Source: Thermoproteota archaeon (GTDB lineage: Archaea > Korarchaeota > JAOZGF01 > JAOZFZ01). Taken from it: 64,000 bases of DNA. The notes below the pieces were generated by a model, which saw nothing but the letters and a program-made list of their open reading frames with translations, made no database searches and was not told the DNA's origin. The number at the start of each line of letters is the position of its first letter. The stretch's first letter is position 1. Position numbers and translations under genes: made by a program. The stretch is taken from positions 43,458 to 107,457 of the forward strand of contig JAOZFT010000001.1 of assembly GCA_027492035.1 (NCBI GenBank), given 5' to 3'. Of the stretch, positions 1 to 9,666 are shown piece by piece.

Positions 1-1295
1 GCCCATTTAGGAACCCAATTAACTTTTTTGCTTTCTTCAATTAATTTATCCTTTATTTCTGTTACTTTAAAGAACCATTGAGGCATAGAAATTAAGAGGA
101 GAGGGGATTCGCATCTCCAACAGTGAGGATACTCATGTTCAATTTCCTCTTCTAAAAGCAAAAGCTTCCTTGACTTCAATTCATTAATTATTAACTTATC
201 AGCTTCTTTAACGTACATGCCTGCAAATTTACCGCAAGATTCATCGAAAACCCCGCTTATTTTAACAGGGGAAACAACTGGTAAACCTGTTTCTAAACCT
301 ACCTTGTAGTCTTCTTGGCCGTGTCCAGGTGCACTATGAACTAAGCCTGTACCTTCAGTTAAGGTAACGAATTGTTCAGATAAAACAACTCTATGAGCGT
401 TTTTCAGTTTCTTTTGGAAAGGGAATAGGTCAGCTAAGGGGTGTTCATACCTTAACCCCCCTAAATCCCAGCCTTTAACTGTCCCTAACACTTCATAATT
501 GTTGAAACCAAGTTTATCCAAAACAAAGCCAGCTAAAGCCTTGGCTAGAATAAAAACTTCACCTGTGGGAACTTTTACTTTAACGTATTCAGCACTTGGC
601 TTCACCATTACGCCGGTGTTCCCAGGCAGAGTCCATGGAGTAGTTGTCCAAATGACTAAGAAAACATTTTTCTCTCCCTCAACTTTAAATTTGACATAAA
701 TAGCTGGATCTTTAACTGTTTTGTATTCTATTTCGTTGTAAGCGACAGCTGTTTCACAGCGGGGGCAAACATGAACTGGGTAGCTTCCTTTGAAAAGGTA
801 TCCTTTCTCATATGCAGCCTTAAAAGTTGTCCAGGCTCCTTCAATGTAGTTATTGGTTAAAGTCAGGTAAGGATTATCCCAATCCATCCAAACCCCTAAG
901 TTTTTGAACTGCTGCGTCATAACGTCAATGTATTGAGTTGCAAATTTTCTGCATTCCTGAATAAAATTTTCAACACCGAATTTTTCAATGTCGCTTTTTA
1001 CTTTGAAGTTAAGTTTCTTTTCAACTTTGTTCTCAATAGGTAAACCGTGGCAATCATATCCTGGTTGATCCCAGACGTCGTAGTCCAGCATTCTGTGGAA
1101 GCGAATATAAAAATCTTTCAGGATCTTGTTTAAGGCTGTTCCTAAATGTATGGCTCCTGTTGCGTATGGAGGCCCGTCCATGAAAAACCATTTCTTTTTT
1201 CCTTTACGTAACTTTCTTGCTTTACTTAGGATGCTGTTCTCCTCCCAGAAATTCAGTATTCTTTCCTCCATTTTAGGTTGAGGCTCAAATTCCAT
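1..1295 (-). CDS. ileS: isoleucyl-tRNA synthetase, 5' part (continues beyond the window start)
   Basis: Not in the ORF track. Manual translation from ATG 1295: MEFEPQPKMEERILNFWEEN...FFMDGPPYATGAIHLGTALNKILKD...PGYDCHGLPIE...WTTTPWTLPGN...GTGLVHSAPGHGQEDY...YPHCWRC; class I HIGH-type motif and IleRS editing-domain motifs. Confidence 0.95.
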   Translation of the reverse strand, partial: MEFEPQPKMEERILNFWEENSILSKARKLRKGKKKWFFMDGPPYATGAIHLGTALNKILKDFYIRFHRMLDYDVWDQPGYDCHGLPIENKVEKKLNFKVKSDIEKFGVENFIQECRKFATQYIDVMTQQFKNLGVWMDWDNPYLTLTNNYIEGAWTTFKAAYEKGYLFKGSYPVHVCPRCETAVAYNEIEYKTVKDPAIYVKFKVEGEKNVFLVIWTTTPWTLPGNTGVMVKPSAEYVKVKVPTGEVFILAKALAGFVLDKLGFNNYEVLGTVKGWDLGGLRYEHPLADLFPFQKKLKNAHRVVLSEQFVTLTEGTGLVHSAPGHGQEDYKVGLETGLPVVSPVKISGVFDESCGKFAGMYVKEADKLIINELKSRKLLLLEEEIEHEYPHCWRCESPLLLISMPQWFFKVTEIKDKLIEESKKVNWVPKW

Positions 1296-1946
1296 GTAAC
1301 CCGCCTTTCTTCCCAACTGTTGGTTTCCTTAAAAGATGTAGGAAGGGTGTAAAAGGAACCTTTCCCTTATTTTAAGAAATTTTTAAAGAATTTTTTAATG
1401 CAAAGATGTTTTGGATGGTTTCTTTATGTCCTGACTCTTTATTAAAAATTTAACTTTTTCGATAGGAGAAGATGCGAAGTTCTTTTGCAGAGGAAGTCTA
1501 CAAGAGTTTAACAACTCATTAACAGCAAAGTTGTTTAAGAGTTAAGGAAAGAAAGTTAATTCCTTAATTGAAGGCCTCAAATAGAGCCTTTTGCTTAACG
1601 TTCAATAACCTTTTTAGCAAAAATATGAAACTTAGTTTTCTTTGCCATCGAGTTCTTCCTTGTCTCTATAACACTCCAAACAAGCGCAAGCAAGTTTTTA
1701 CGCTTAAAAATTCATCAGTCTTTTTTATCAATAACTCTTAAACCTAAAAAATGGTGAAACCTTTATTGAAGAGTTAAACTGAGGGAGATCCGGTCTAAAG
1801 AAAAACTGAGAGGATAGTAGTACAAAACTTTTCTTGTTTCTATTTCTAATAAAGTTTTCTTACTTCTAAAAAACTTTATAGGGTGCTGAATTAGGAAAAC
1901 AATAAATTTTCTAAGCTACAAAAATAAAGGTTTAGAGATGAATTTT

Positions 1947-2534
1947 TCAGTGCTTCTTTATTTTTTCGCCTATTTTATAACCTACATTGAAAGCTTTAAG
2001 GTTTAACTCTTTGAAATCAACGGGGGTATTCTTTATTATTGCCTTTTCAACTGCTTCTTTATTTATTAAAGGGAAGAGTTTTGTGAAGACACCTAGAAGT
2101 AAAGTGTTAGCTACAAGTTTGTTTCCGAGTTCTTCAGCCAATTTAGTTGCATGAACAGGAACTTTTTCCACGTCACTCCTTTCTCCTTGATTAATTTGGA
2201 CAAGGTCAGGGTCGTAAATTAGCACTCCGCCTTTCTTCAGTTTTGGCAAATACTTTTCATAGGCGAGTTTAGATAGAGCAATTAAAACATCTGACTCTGC
2301 TACTTTGACGAAATTTATTTCTTTCTCTGAAATGATTACTTCTGAGCTGGTGACTCCTCCACGTGAAGCTGGGCCGTATGATTGAGTTTGAACAGCTTCC
2401 TTCCCTCCATAAAGTGATGCAGCCATTCCTAGGATGATTCCCATTTTCACTATTCCTTGACCGCCTAAGCCTGCAATTCTTATTCTAAATTCACTGACCC
2501 CCTTAGTGGTTCCTCCACTGTTTCGTTTATTCAT
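1947..2534 (-). CDS. 2-oxoacid:ferredoxin oxidoreductase gamma subunit
   Basis: IRIAGLGGQG and QSYGPASRGG motifs; start uncertain (ORF is open to 2570). Confidence 0.92.
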   Translation of the reverse strand: MNKRNSGGTTKGVSEFRIRIAGLGGQGIVKMGIILGMAASLYGGKEAVQTQSYGPASRGGVTSSEVIISEKEINFVKVAESDVLIALSKLAYEKYLPKLKKGGVLIYDPDLVQINQGERSDVEKVPVHATKLAEELGNKLVANTLLLGVFTKLFPLINKEAVEKAIIKNTPVDFKELNLKAFNVGYKIGEKIKKH

Positions 2535-2640
2535 TTTTAACAGTCCCCGAACAACTATACCTCTCTTCAACTTTCTTTACCATTTTTCAAAATAGGGAAA
2601 AATTTAACATTTCTCACGGAATAAACAGTATAACCAAGTT

Positions 2641-3504
2641 TTATTCTTTGTGATAGGTCCGTTCCACTTTACCAATCTTTCCCCAAATTAGGTCAGTGTA
2701 TTCAGGCTTCTCTTTATCCACAAACTCCCCCACAACTATTATGTTTTGAGTAATTTCAGCCTTTATGGGGTCTATCTTATTTTGGATTATTGACGCTTGT
2801 TTCAGCCACTTCATCATCTCAACAGCGTTCATGTGTTTAGTATGTCTTCCATAGATTTCTGGACAGGGGGAAATGACCTCAATGAAACTGAACCCCTTTT
2901 TTAAAAGGGCCTTCTTTATGGAGTCAACTAAGTTTCTGACATGGTAGGCTGTCCACCGGGCAACATAAGTTGCTCCTGAACCTGCAGCTAAATAAACAGC
3001 ATTAAACGGGTGTTCAACGTTTCCGTAGGGAGAAGTTGTTGTTACAGCGTTTAAAGGAGTTGTGGGGCCACATTGACCCCCAGTCATTCCATAATTGAAA
3101 TTGTTTGAGAGTATAACTGTTAATTCAATGTTTCTTCTCGCCGCCTGAATTAAATGGTTTGCACCTATGGCTAAAAGGTCTCCGTCTCCACCGAAAACAA
3201 CAACTTTCAATTCAGGTTTAGCAAGTTTAACACCTAAAGCAAAAGGTATTGCCCTTCCGTGGGTGGTGTGGAACGCGTCAGCGTTTATGTAGCCTGAAAT
3301 CCTACCCATGCAACCTATACCCGAAACAACGACTAAGTTGTCCAAGTTAAAGTGCAGTTCCTTCAATGCCTGAAGGAAGCAGTTAAGGATTACTCCGTTT
3401 CCGCACCCTGGGCACCAGATGTGGGGAATCATCCCTTTTCTTAAGTAACTGTCCAAAGGATGTTTCCTTTCATGGTTAGTTAAATGTTTAATTGATTCTT
3501 TCAT
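2641..3504 (-). CDS. 2-oxoacid:ferredoxin oxidoreductase beta subunit (TPP-binding)
   Basis: WCPGCG, SGIGC, HGRA, GDGD and NNFNYGMTGGQ motifs. Confidence 0.95.
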   Translation of the reverse strand: MKESIKHLTNHERKHPLDSYLRKGMIPHIWCPGCGNGVILNCFLQALKELHFNLDNLVVVSGIGCMGRISGYINADAFHTTHGRAIPFALGVKLAKPELKVVVFGGDGDLLAIGANHLIQAARRNIELTVILSNNFNYGMTGGQCGPTTPLNAVTTTSPYGNVEHPFNAVYLAAGSGATYVARWTAYHVRNLVDSIKKALLKKGFSFIEVISPCPEIYGRHTKHMNAVEMMKWLKQASIIQNKIDPIKAEITQNIIVVGEFVDKEKPEYTDLIWGKIGKVERTYHKE

Positions 3505-3514
3505 TTTTTCCCCC

Positions 3515-4663
3515 TTAACTGGTGTTTTTCTCTATTATTTTCAGTATTTCGTTAGGGGTAGGTGGCTCTTCACCAACTTTAGGGAATGAAATTATTGGTG
3601 CGGTTGAAGAAGCTGCCTTCACCTCCCTAATTATTTGTCCTTGATTCATTTCTGGTACAATTATCAGTTTTGCTTCAGAAACAATTTTCGCCACCTCCTC
3701 CTCTGGAAAAGGCCAAACTGTTATTAATCTTAACAGTCCCACTTTTAATCCTTTTTCACGGCCTATTTTAACTGTTTCTTTGGCAGCTCTTGCAGGTGTA
3801 CCGAAAGCTATTATTACAGTTTCAGCGTCGTCTAAAAAGTATTTTTCAACTGTTATTATTTCTTTTTTATTTTTCCTTATTTTTTCACAGAGTCTACTGG
3901 TTAATTCCCTTTGTGTTTTGGCTGACATGTCTGGGTGACCTGATTCATCGTGTGTTAAGCCTGTGGCGTAGAATCTGTACCCTTCACCAAAACAAGACAT
4001 TGGTGGAACAAGATCTTCATCCGGTTTAAAAGGTAAGTACTCTTCCGGCGGAACTTTCGGCTTCTTCCTATCCACTGTTTTTATTTTTTCAGGTTCCGGA
4101 ATGACTAGTTTTTCTCTTGTGTGCGCAATTATTTCATCGGCTAAAATGAAACATGGAACCCTGAATTTCTCCGCTAGGTTGAATGCTTTAATTGTTAAAT
4201 CAAACATTTCCTGAACAGAGTAAGGAGCTAAAGTTATTATTTCGTAGTCTCCATGAGCAGCCCACCTGACCTGCAAAACATCTTGTTGACTTGGTTTCGT
4301 AGGTTGCCCTGTACTTGGGCCTCCTCTCATCATGTCAGCTATTACACAAGGGGTTTCTGTCATTATAGCTAACCCTATGCTTTCAACCATTAAGCTTAAT
4401 CCTGGACCTGAAGTCGCTGTCATTGCTTTAACCCCAGCCCAGCTTGCCCCTATGACTGACATCAGGGACGAAATTTCATCTTCAAGCTGAATAAATATTC
4501 CCCCAACTTGAGGCATTCTCAAAGCCATCCTTTCAGCTATGCTGCTTGCAGGGGTTATGGGGTAAGCGGAGTAGAACCTACAACCTGCAGCTATTGCCCC
4601 TTCAGCTAAAGCGAAGTTTCCTTGGACAAAGTATTCCCCTGTTAAAACATCTGGTTTTTTCAA
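3515..4663 (-). CDS. 2-oxoacid:ferredoxin oxidoreductase alpha subunit (KorA-like)
   Basis: YPITP, EDEI, ATSGPG and RGGPSTG motifs. Confidence 0.95.
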   Translation of the reverse strand: MKKPDVLTGEYFVQGNFALAEGAIAAGCRFYSAYPITPASSIAERMALRMPQVGGIFIQLEDEISSLMSVIGASWAGVKAMTATSGPGLSLMVESIGLAIMTETPCVIADMMRGGPSTGQPTKPSQQDVLQVRWAAHGDYEIITLAPYSVQEMFDLTIKAFNLAEKFRVPCFILADEIIAHTREKLVIPEPEKIKTVDRKKPKVPPEEYLPFKPDEDLVPPMSCFGEGYRFYATGLTHDESGHPDMSAKTQRELTSRLCEKIRKNKKEIITVEKYFLDDAETVIIAFGTPARAAKETVKIGREKGLKVGLLRLITVWPFPEEEVAKIVSEAKLIIVPEMNQGQIIREVKAASSTAPIISFPKVGEEPPTPNEILKIIEKNTS

Positions 4664-4902
4664 GACACCTCAACCTTTTCAGTTTCTTCTAAATAAATTG
4701 CGAAATCTGGACAGATGTTTTGACAGAATTTACAACCTATACAGTTATTTATGTATTTAGGTATGGGGTAATGGTTTCCGCGTTCATTAAAGTTCTCAGA
4801 AAAAACTAAAACTTTTCTTGGACAAAATTCTATGCAGTAACCGCATCCCTTACACCTTTCAGGAATAACGATAACGTTTCTAATTATTTTTAAGCGGCTC
4901 AT
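4660..4902 (-). CDS. 2x[4Fe-4S] ferredoxin, delta subunit of the oxidoreductase
   Basis: [12 protein letters not shown] and [12 protein letters not shown]; 4-nt overlap with the alpha subunit start. Confidence 0.93.
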   Translation of the reverse strand: MSRLKIIRNVIVIPERCKGCGYCIEFCPRKVLVFSENFNERGNHYPIPKYINNCIGCKFCQNICPDFAIYLEETEKVEVS

Positions 4903-5038
4903 ATTTTAAACTCCTTGTTTTTGTTTTCACCCTTTAAAGAGTGCACGGAGCTAAAAACAACTTCTTCCTTTAAGAAAAAATATTATTTAAAAGATTATCT
5001 TTACCTTCTTTTTCAGTGGTTTTTGGAGGAGAAGAGCA

Positions 5039-5596
5039 GTGGCGCTGCCAAGTAGAGATGAAGCTTTTGATTTTTTGAGACGGTACGTGAAGAGTGACAA
5101 GTTAATAAAGCATTGTTTAGCTGTGGAAGCTATAATGAAAGAATTAGCAAAGTATTTAGGTGAAAATGTTGAAGTTTGGGGTTTAACAGGCTTACTTCAT
5201 GACATAGATTACGAAACAGTTAGGGATATGAGTAGACATGGGTTAGTTGGGGCTGGGATACTGGAAAAGGAGAACTACCCTAGTGAAATGATTGAAGCCG
5301 TTAAAAGGCACAATTACTTGGTTTCAGGACCTCCAACTAACAAGTTAGAGAGATGTTTAGTTGCTGCTGATTCAGTTTCAGGCTTAATAATTGCCGCCGG
5401 TTTAATGATGCCTGACAAAAGACTGAAAACAGTGACTGTGAAAACAATTAAGAAGAAGTTTAAGGATAAGTCATTTGCTAGAGGCTGTAACCGGGAAGAA
5501 ATAAAAGAGATATTAAAAGTGGGCCTTACTTTGGATGAATTCTTCGGAATAAGTCTAAAGGCTTTACAGAAAATTTCTTCCGAACTAGAGCTTTAA
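5039..5596 (+). CDS. HD/HDIG-domain metal-dependent phosphohydrolase
   Basis: KHCLAVEA...GLLHDIDYE...KDKSFARG pattern; GGAG RBS. Confidence 0.88.
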   Translation: MALPSRDEAFDFLRRYVKSDKLIKHCLAVEAIMKELAKYLGENVEVWGLTGLLHDIDYETVRDMSRHGLVGAGILEKENYPSEMIEAVKRHNYLVSGPPTNKLERCLVAADSVSGLIIAAGLMMPDKRLKTVTVKTIKKKFKDKSFARGCNREEIKEILKVGLTLDEFFGISLKALQKISSELEL

Positions 5597-5631
5597 CATG
5601 TTTCTATGTTAAACAGGATCAAAATAAATGA

Positions 5632-5766
5632 TTAGGGACCGTGCTGTTCTCCCCAGCATGGAGATAAATTGTAGTATTTATCACAAAAATCTTCAAAGAT
5701 GCACTTTTTACCGTTAGCAATTGGACATTTCCCTTTAGTTTCTTCTTCAATTTCTTTTTCAAACAT
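5632..5766 (-). CDS. small Cys-rich protein (44 aa), possible metal-binding
   Basis: AGGTGA RBS upstream of ATG 5766; MFEKEIEEETKGKCPIANGKKCIFEDFCDKYYNLSPCWGEQHGP with four Cys. Confidence 0.55.
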   Translation of the reverse strand: MFEKEIEEETKGKCPIANGKKCIFEDFCDKYYNLSPCWGEQHGP

Positions 5767-6229
5767 CAATAAAATCACCTCTTCCCTTTTAAAATGAGGA
5801 GAGAAATAAGCAAATGTCTGAAGGAAATACACTTTATTTTTTGGAAAATAGATGAAGGAAAGAACATGCCCTTATGTAGTTTTAGGGATGGAGAGGTTGA
5901 GGTAGAGGTTACACAAGATGAAGAGATAAACTGAGATATGACCCCCCTGAAACAATTCATTATTGTGTTACAGGTAAACGAGGCTGTGGATGATTCTGTT
6001 TTTTTGCCTATATGTGTATTATGGCAATGGCAAAACTTTAACACCTTTCATGCAGAGAACCTCTACTTTTTTCATTTTTTCAATCATTTTATTGGATGAA
6101 GCCCAATAAAGTATGTTTTCCTTTAAAAATTTTACGTTTTTGTATTTTTTGAGCAGTTTAGTATTAATGTTGAAAAATTTAAAGAGGATCTCTCTTTTCC
6201 CATTCGCTAAAAAGGAAGGAAAATAAATT

Positions 6230-6976
6230 TTATTTCTTTTTAATAAATGCTTCAGTTCTTTCTCTGTATTCTTTGGTTTGCGAAAGGAGAACTAAGTCTT
6301 TAATTGCTTCTTTAAACCTCTTATTTTTCCTTTTCCTGTTCAACCAAATTTTTATTAGTTTTAGGGAGTATTCGGGCAAGTTAGCTATTTCTTCAGCTAT
6401 TTTTTTGGTTTCTTGAAAGAATTTATTTTCCGGAAAGAAGTCATTAATTAACCCTATTTCTTTAGCTTCTTTAGCTGAGATTCTTTCCCCTGTAAAAATT
6501 AAGTAAGCTGCTCTTTTGTAACCTATTAAATCTGGGAGCAGGGAAGTAGCTATCGGGGGAAAAGCGCCTATTTTGATTTCAGGCACTGCAAAAAAAGCTT
6601 TTTCAGAAGCGAAAGCTAAATCACAAAGTAAAGTTATTTCACAACCTCCCCCTACAGCTAAGCCGTTAACCGCTGCTATACTTATTTTTTCAAGCTTTAA
6701 GAAGGCTTCTAAGGAGGGATAAACAATTTGAAGAAAGAAATCCCAGGATTGACGGAAAGTCTCAGCTTTAAACATTTCATATATATCATCACCTGCTGAG
6801 AAAGCTCTCCCTTCCCCTGTCAAAACAACAACTTTAACTTCCTCGTCTAAATTGACTTCTTCCAGCTTCTTTTTAATTCCAATCCACATTTCCTTGTTTA
6901 AAGCATTCAGTTTTTCAGGCCTTTTCAACGTAACAAAGGCTACTTTACCCTTCATTTCAAGTTCTACAGAACCCAA
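6230..6976 (-). CDS. enoyl-CoA hydratase/isomerase (crotonase family)
   Basis: RPEKLNAL, AFSAGDD, GGGCE and PEIKIG motifs; likely TTG start at 6976 after a G-rich RBS. Confidence 0.92.
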   Translation of the reverse strand: MGSVELEMKGKVAFVTLKRPEKLNALNKEMWIGIKKKLEEVNLDEEVKVVVLTGEGRAFSAGDDIYEMFKAETFRQSWDFFLQIVYPSLEAFLKLEKISIAAVNGLAVGGGCEITLLCDLAFASEKAFFAVPEIKIGAFPPIATSLLPDLIGYKRAAYLIFTGERISAKEAKEIGLINDFFPENKFFQETKKIAEEIANLPEYSLKLIKIWLNRKRKNKRFKEAIKDLVLLSQTKEYRERTEAFIKKK

Positions 6977-7119
6977 TAAACCACCCCCCTTTCTTCCCCC
7001 AAAAAAATCAGGTGAGAATTTAAAAAATATTTTTAGAATCAATGAAAAAAAGGAAGTTTTAAAAGTTGCCCTTTATCGAGAGACAGAAAAACATAAAGCT
7101 TTTTTAGAGGGGATTTTGT

Positions 7120-8070
7120 TTGCAGCAATTAGTAAGTTACGACAGGGGCTTATTTTTTCATCCTTTAAAGATATGGCTGGATGCAAGAGGCAAAAAGCCC
7201 TTTTCTTTTGTTTCTCATGCTCACATTGACCATTTAGGAAACCATAGGAAAGTTTTCCTCAACATGGAAACCGCCCCCTTCTACCTTAGAAGAACAGGAA
7301 AAAGGAACTTCTTGGTCAGAGAATTTAATAAACCTTTTTACATAAATGATTACAAAGTCGAGTTGTTTCCTTCAGGCCACATGCTTGGGTCAGCTCAAAT
7401 AATTTTTGAGAAGGATTTAAAAATTGTTTACACAGGTGATTTTAAGCTTAAAAAGGGGTTAACTTCAGAAAAAATTCAAATAAAGAAATGCGACGTATTA
7501 ATAATGGAAGCTACCTATGGAAACCAGGAATTTTGCTTTCCTAAGAGGGAAGAAGTTATAGGGGAGTTAGTTGATTATGTAGATGAAGTTTTGGTGAATG
7601 AAGAAGTACCTGTTATTTACGCCTACCCCCTAGGTAAAGCTCAAGAGGTAATAAAGATACTTACCTCTAAAGGGTTCCAGGTGAGGGTCCATAAATCCAT
7701 TTTCTTCAACTCAAAAATCTATGAAAAATTAAGTGTTAACTTGGGACATTACACAATTTTTGATGGAGGAGAAACAAGGAGTGAGGTAATTATTTTGCCT
7801 ACTTCCACAAGAGGGAGGAGAAACATTAAAATTAAGAAAAAAAGAGAGATAATTGTTACTGGATGGGTTGCATCAGAAAAAATGAAGAAGAAGTTTAGAG
7901 AAGTGAAAGGTTTCCCTTTAAGTGATCATGCTGATTTCCCTGACTTACTCAATTACGTAAAGAAGGCAGATCCAGAAATTGTTTACGTAATAAAAAGTTA
8001 CAGCCCCTTCACAATAGATAATTTTCTGAAACAACTTTCAAAACAGGGATTTAATGCTTTACCGCTTTAA
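7120..8070 (+). CDS. MBL-fold/beta-CASP nuclease (DNA-ligase-associated exonuclease-like)
   Basis: SHAHIDH, SGHMLGS, YTGDF, EATYG, LGKAQE and SDHAD motifs. Confidence 0.88.
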   Translation: MQQLVSYDRGLFFHPLKIWLDARGKKPFSFVSHAHIDHLGNHRKVFLNMETAPFYLRRTGKRNFLVREFNKPFYINDYKVELFPSGHMLGSAQIIFEKDLKIVYTGDFKLKKGLTSEKIQIKKCDVLIMEATYGNQEFCFPKREEVIGELVDYVDEVLVNEEVPVIYAYPLGKAQEVIKILTSKGFQVRVHKSIFFNSKIYEKLSVNLGHYTIFDGGETRSEVIILPTSTRGRRNIKIKKKREIIVTGWVASEKMKKKFREVKGFPLSDHADFPDLLNYVKKADPEIVYVIKSYSPFTIDNFLKQLSKQGFNALPL

Positions 8071-8320
8071 CCTTTCCCCCCCAGTTCTTTAAACCTTAAA
8101 AACACTTAACGTAAATGCTGGATTTCTTGGATATGAAGTGAAGGAAACTTGTAACTGAAAATATAATGTCAACGCTATGTGTCGCAAATTTAAGTTTTTC
8201 GTTGCAAAAATACGTTGCAGATAATACTGAAAAACTTCAAGAGAATGCAGTGACTTGGTGTAAGTTACTTGTCACCAGCACCAAAATTTTTTTAAGAAGA
8301 ATTTAGCGGTTAAAAAAATT

Positions 8321-9025
8321 TCACTCTAAACTTTTCATTAATTTCTTAGCTTGAAAATGGGCAAGTCTCAGCGGTTCAGGTGTCCTGTGCTTTATTAGAG
8401 AAGTAACTATTTTTAGTGAAGTTTCAAGTGAAACCTTGTGGCCTGGACTCACATAAATTGGTTTCCTTTTTCCTCCAAGAGTTATTTCGTAACCCACTAG
8501 TTCACCCTTGTAGATTACTCCTTTAACGTTTCTGATGCCTAAATCACGAAGGTTTCCGCATAAAAGATTTTTTGCTACGCCTATGGTTGGAATGTTAAAG
8601 TAAACCCCAATCAATGTTGCTTCTCCTGCCTTAAATGGATGCAATAAGCCGTTGCCATCTATTAATAATAGGTCAGGCTTGTTTTCTAATTTTTTAATTA
8701 CAGAGATTATGGGTGAAGCTTCCCTGAAGAAAAGAAAGGTTGGGACATACGGAAATTTAACGTTGGTTATTGATTTTTGAACTTCTAAAATTTCCAGATG
8801 GGGAAATTTAATCGATACAGCAGCTGAGAAAGCCTTGTCCCCTTTATAGGACACATCGACACCAGTTACTACATTTATTGTTGAAGGTAAGTTGTTTTTG
8901 AAAACAGCTTTATTTGCAAGTAATTTCTGGGCTTTACGTGCTTTTTCGAAGTTGAATTTTTCAATTGTGGTTTTCAAAAAGAAACCCCTCATCGAAAAAA
9001 ACATGTTTTCTCTTTGCCTTTCCAA
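8321..9025 (-). CDS. nfi: endonuclease V
   Basis: GVDVSY, FPYVPTFLFFRE, DGNGLLHP, IGVAK, PIYVSPGH and PEPLRLAH motifs; true start probably slightly downstream. Confidence 0.95.
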   Translation of the reverse strand: MERQRENMFFSMRGFFLKTTIEKFNFEKARKAQKLLANKAVFKNNLPSTINVVTGVDVSYKGDKAFSAAVSIKFPHLEILEVQKSITNVKFPYVPTFLFFREASPIISVIKKLENKPDLLLIDGNGLLHPFKAGEATLIGVYFNIPTIGVAKNLLCGNLRDLGIRNVKGVIYKGELVGYEITLGGKRKPIYVSPGHKVSLETSLKIVTSLIKHRTPEPLRLAHFQAKKLMKSLE

Positions 9026-9191
9026 AAGGTCTTTACTTTATTAAAACTTCTTTTCTTTTCTTCCCTTCTCTCCTTTCACCATTCTTCTTTTTTCCTGATT
9101 TAAAAATGAAATAGAAAAAGCTTAAAAAAGGTTACTTGTTAAAAAATTAGGGAAAAAAGAAAAAGCAGTTTAAAGGATAGGAGAGAGTGAA

Positions 9192-9461
9192 ATGTCAGCA
9201 ATTAAAGTTGTTAAGGAATTAGGTGCAAGAATAATAGCTATGAAAGACGATGGCACACCTAGGCAGATACTGAAAGGGTACATAAAAGAGGGAAGGTATG
9301 GAAAATTTATTTCTATAGAGAAACATTGGGTGCAGACTGACTTAGAGGAATTTACTGATTCAAAATGGGCTAGATGGTCCATCTCAATACCTTACGACAG
9401 AGATAAAGCCATAGCTCTAATTGAAAATATGAAGGAACTGGTTGAGGAAGCTTTCAAATAA
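9192..9461 (+). CDS. small hypothetical protein, PC4/YdbC-like ssDNA-binding fold suspected
   Basis: GGAG RBS; beta-rich GKFISIEKHW...KWARWSISIP followed by an amphipathic helix, recalling PC4. Confidence 0.6.
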   Translation: MSAIKVVKELGARIIAMKDDGTPRQILKGYIKEGRYGKFISIEKHWVQTDLEEFTDSKWARWSISIPYDRDKAIALIENMKELVEEAFK

Positions 9462-9666
9462 AATTGTTAATTTTCAAGAATTTGAAGTGTTTAAGGGAGA
9501 AATACCGGGAAACATACTTAATAACTTGAATCAATCACAGCTTGAAGAGGAAATTCTTTAAGGAATCTGTAAGTGAAGGCAAAAACTCAATAAGGTAGAC
9601 ATTGCCCCAATCTTTTATTAATTTTCCTTTAATAAGGTTTTTCAACTGTTAAGGAAAGGGGTACAA

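Noticed and set aside
499-699. 66-aa + strand ORF
   Set aside because: Antisense shadow of ileS, which the track missed because it runs off the window
5775-6044. 89-aa minus-strand ORF
   Set aside because: No RBS, Ser/Thr/Cys-rich shadow-like composition, and it covers the likely promoter region of the 44-aa gene
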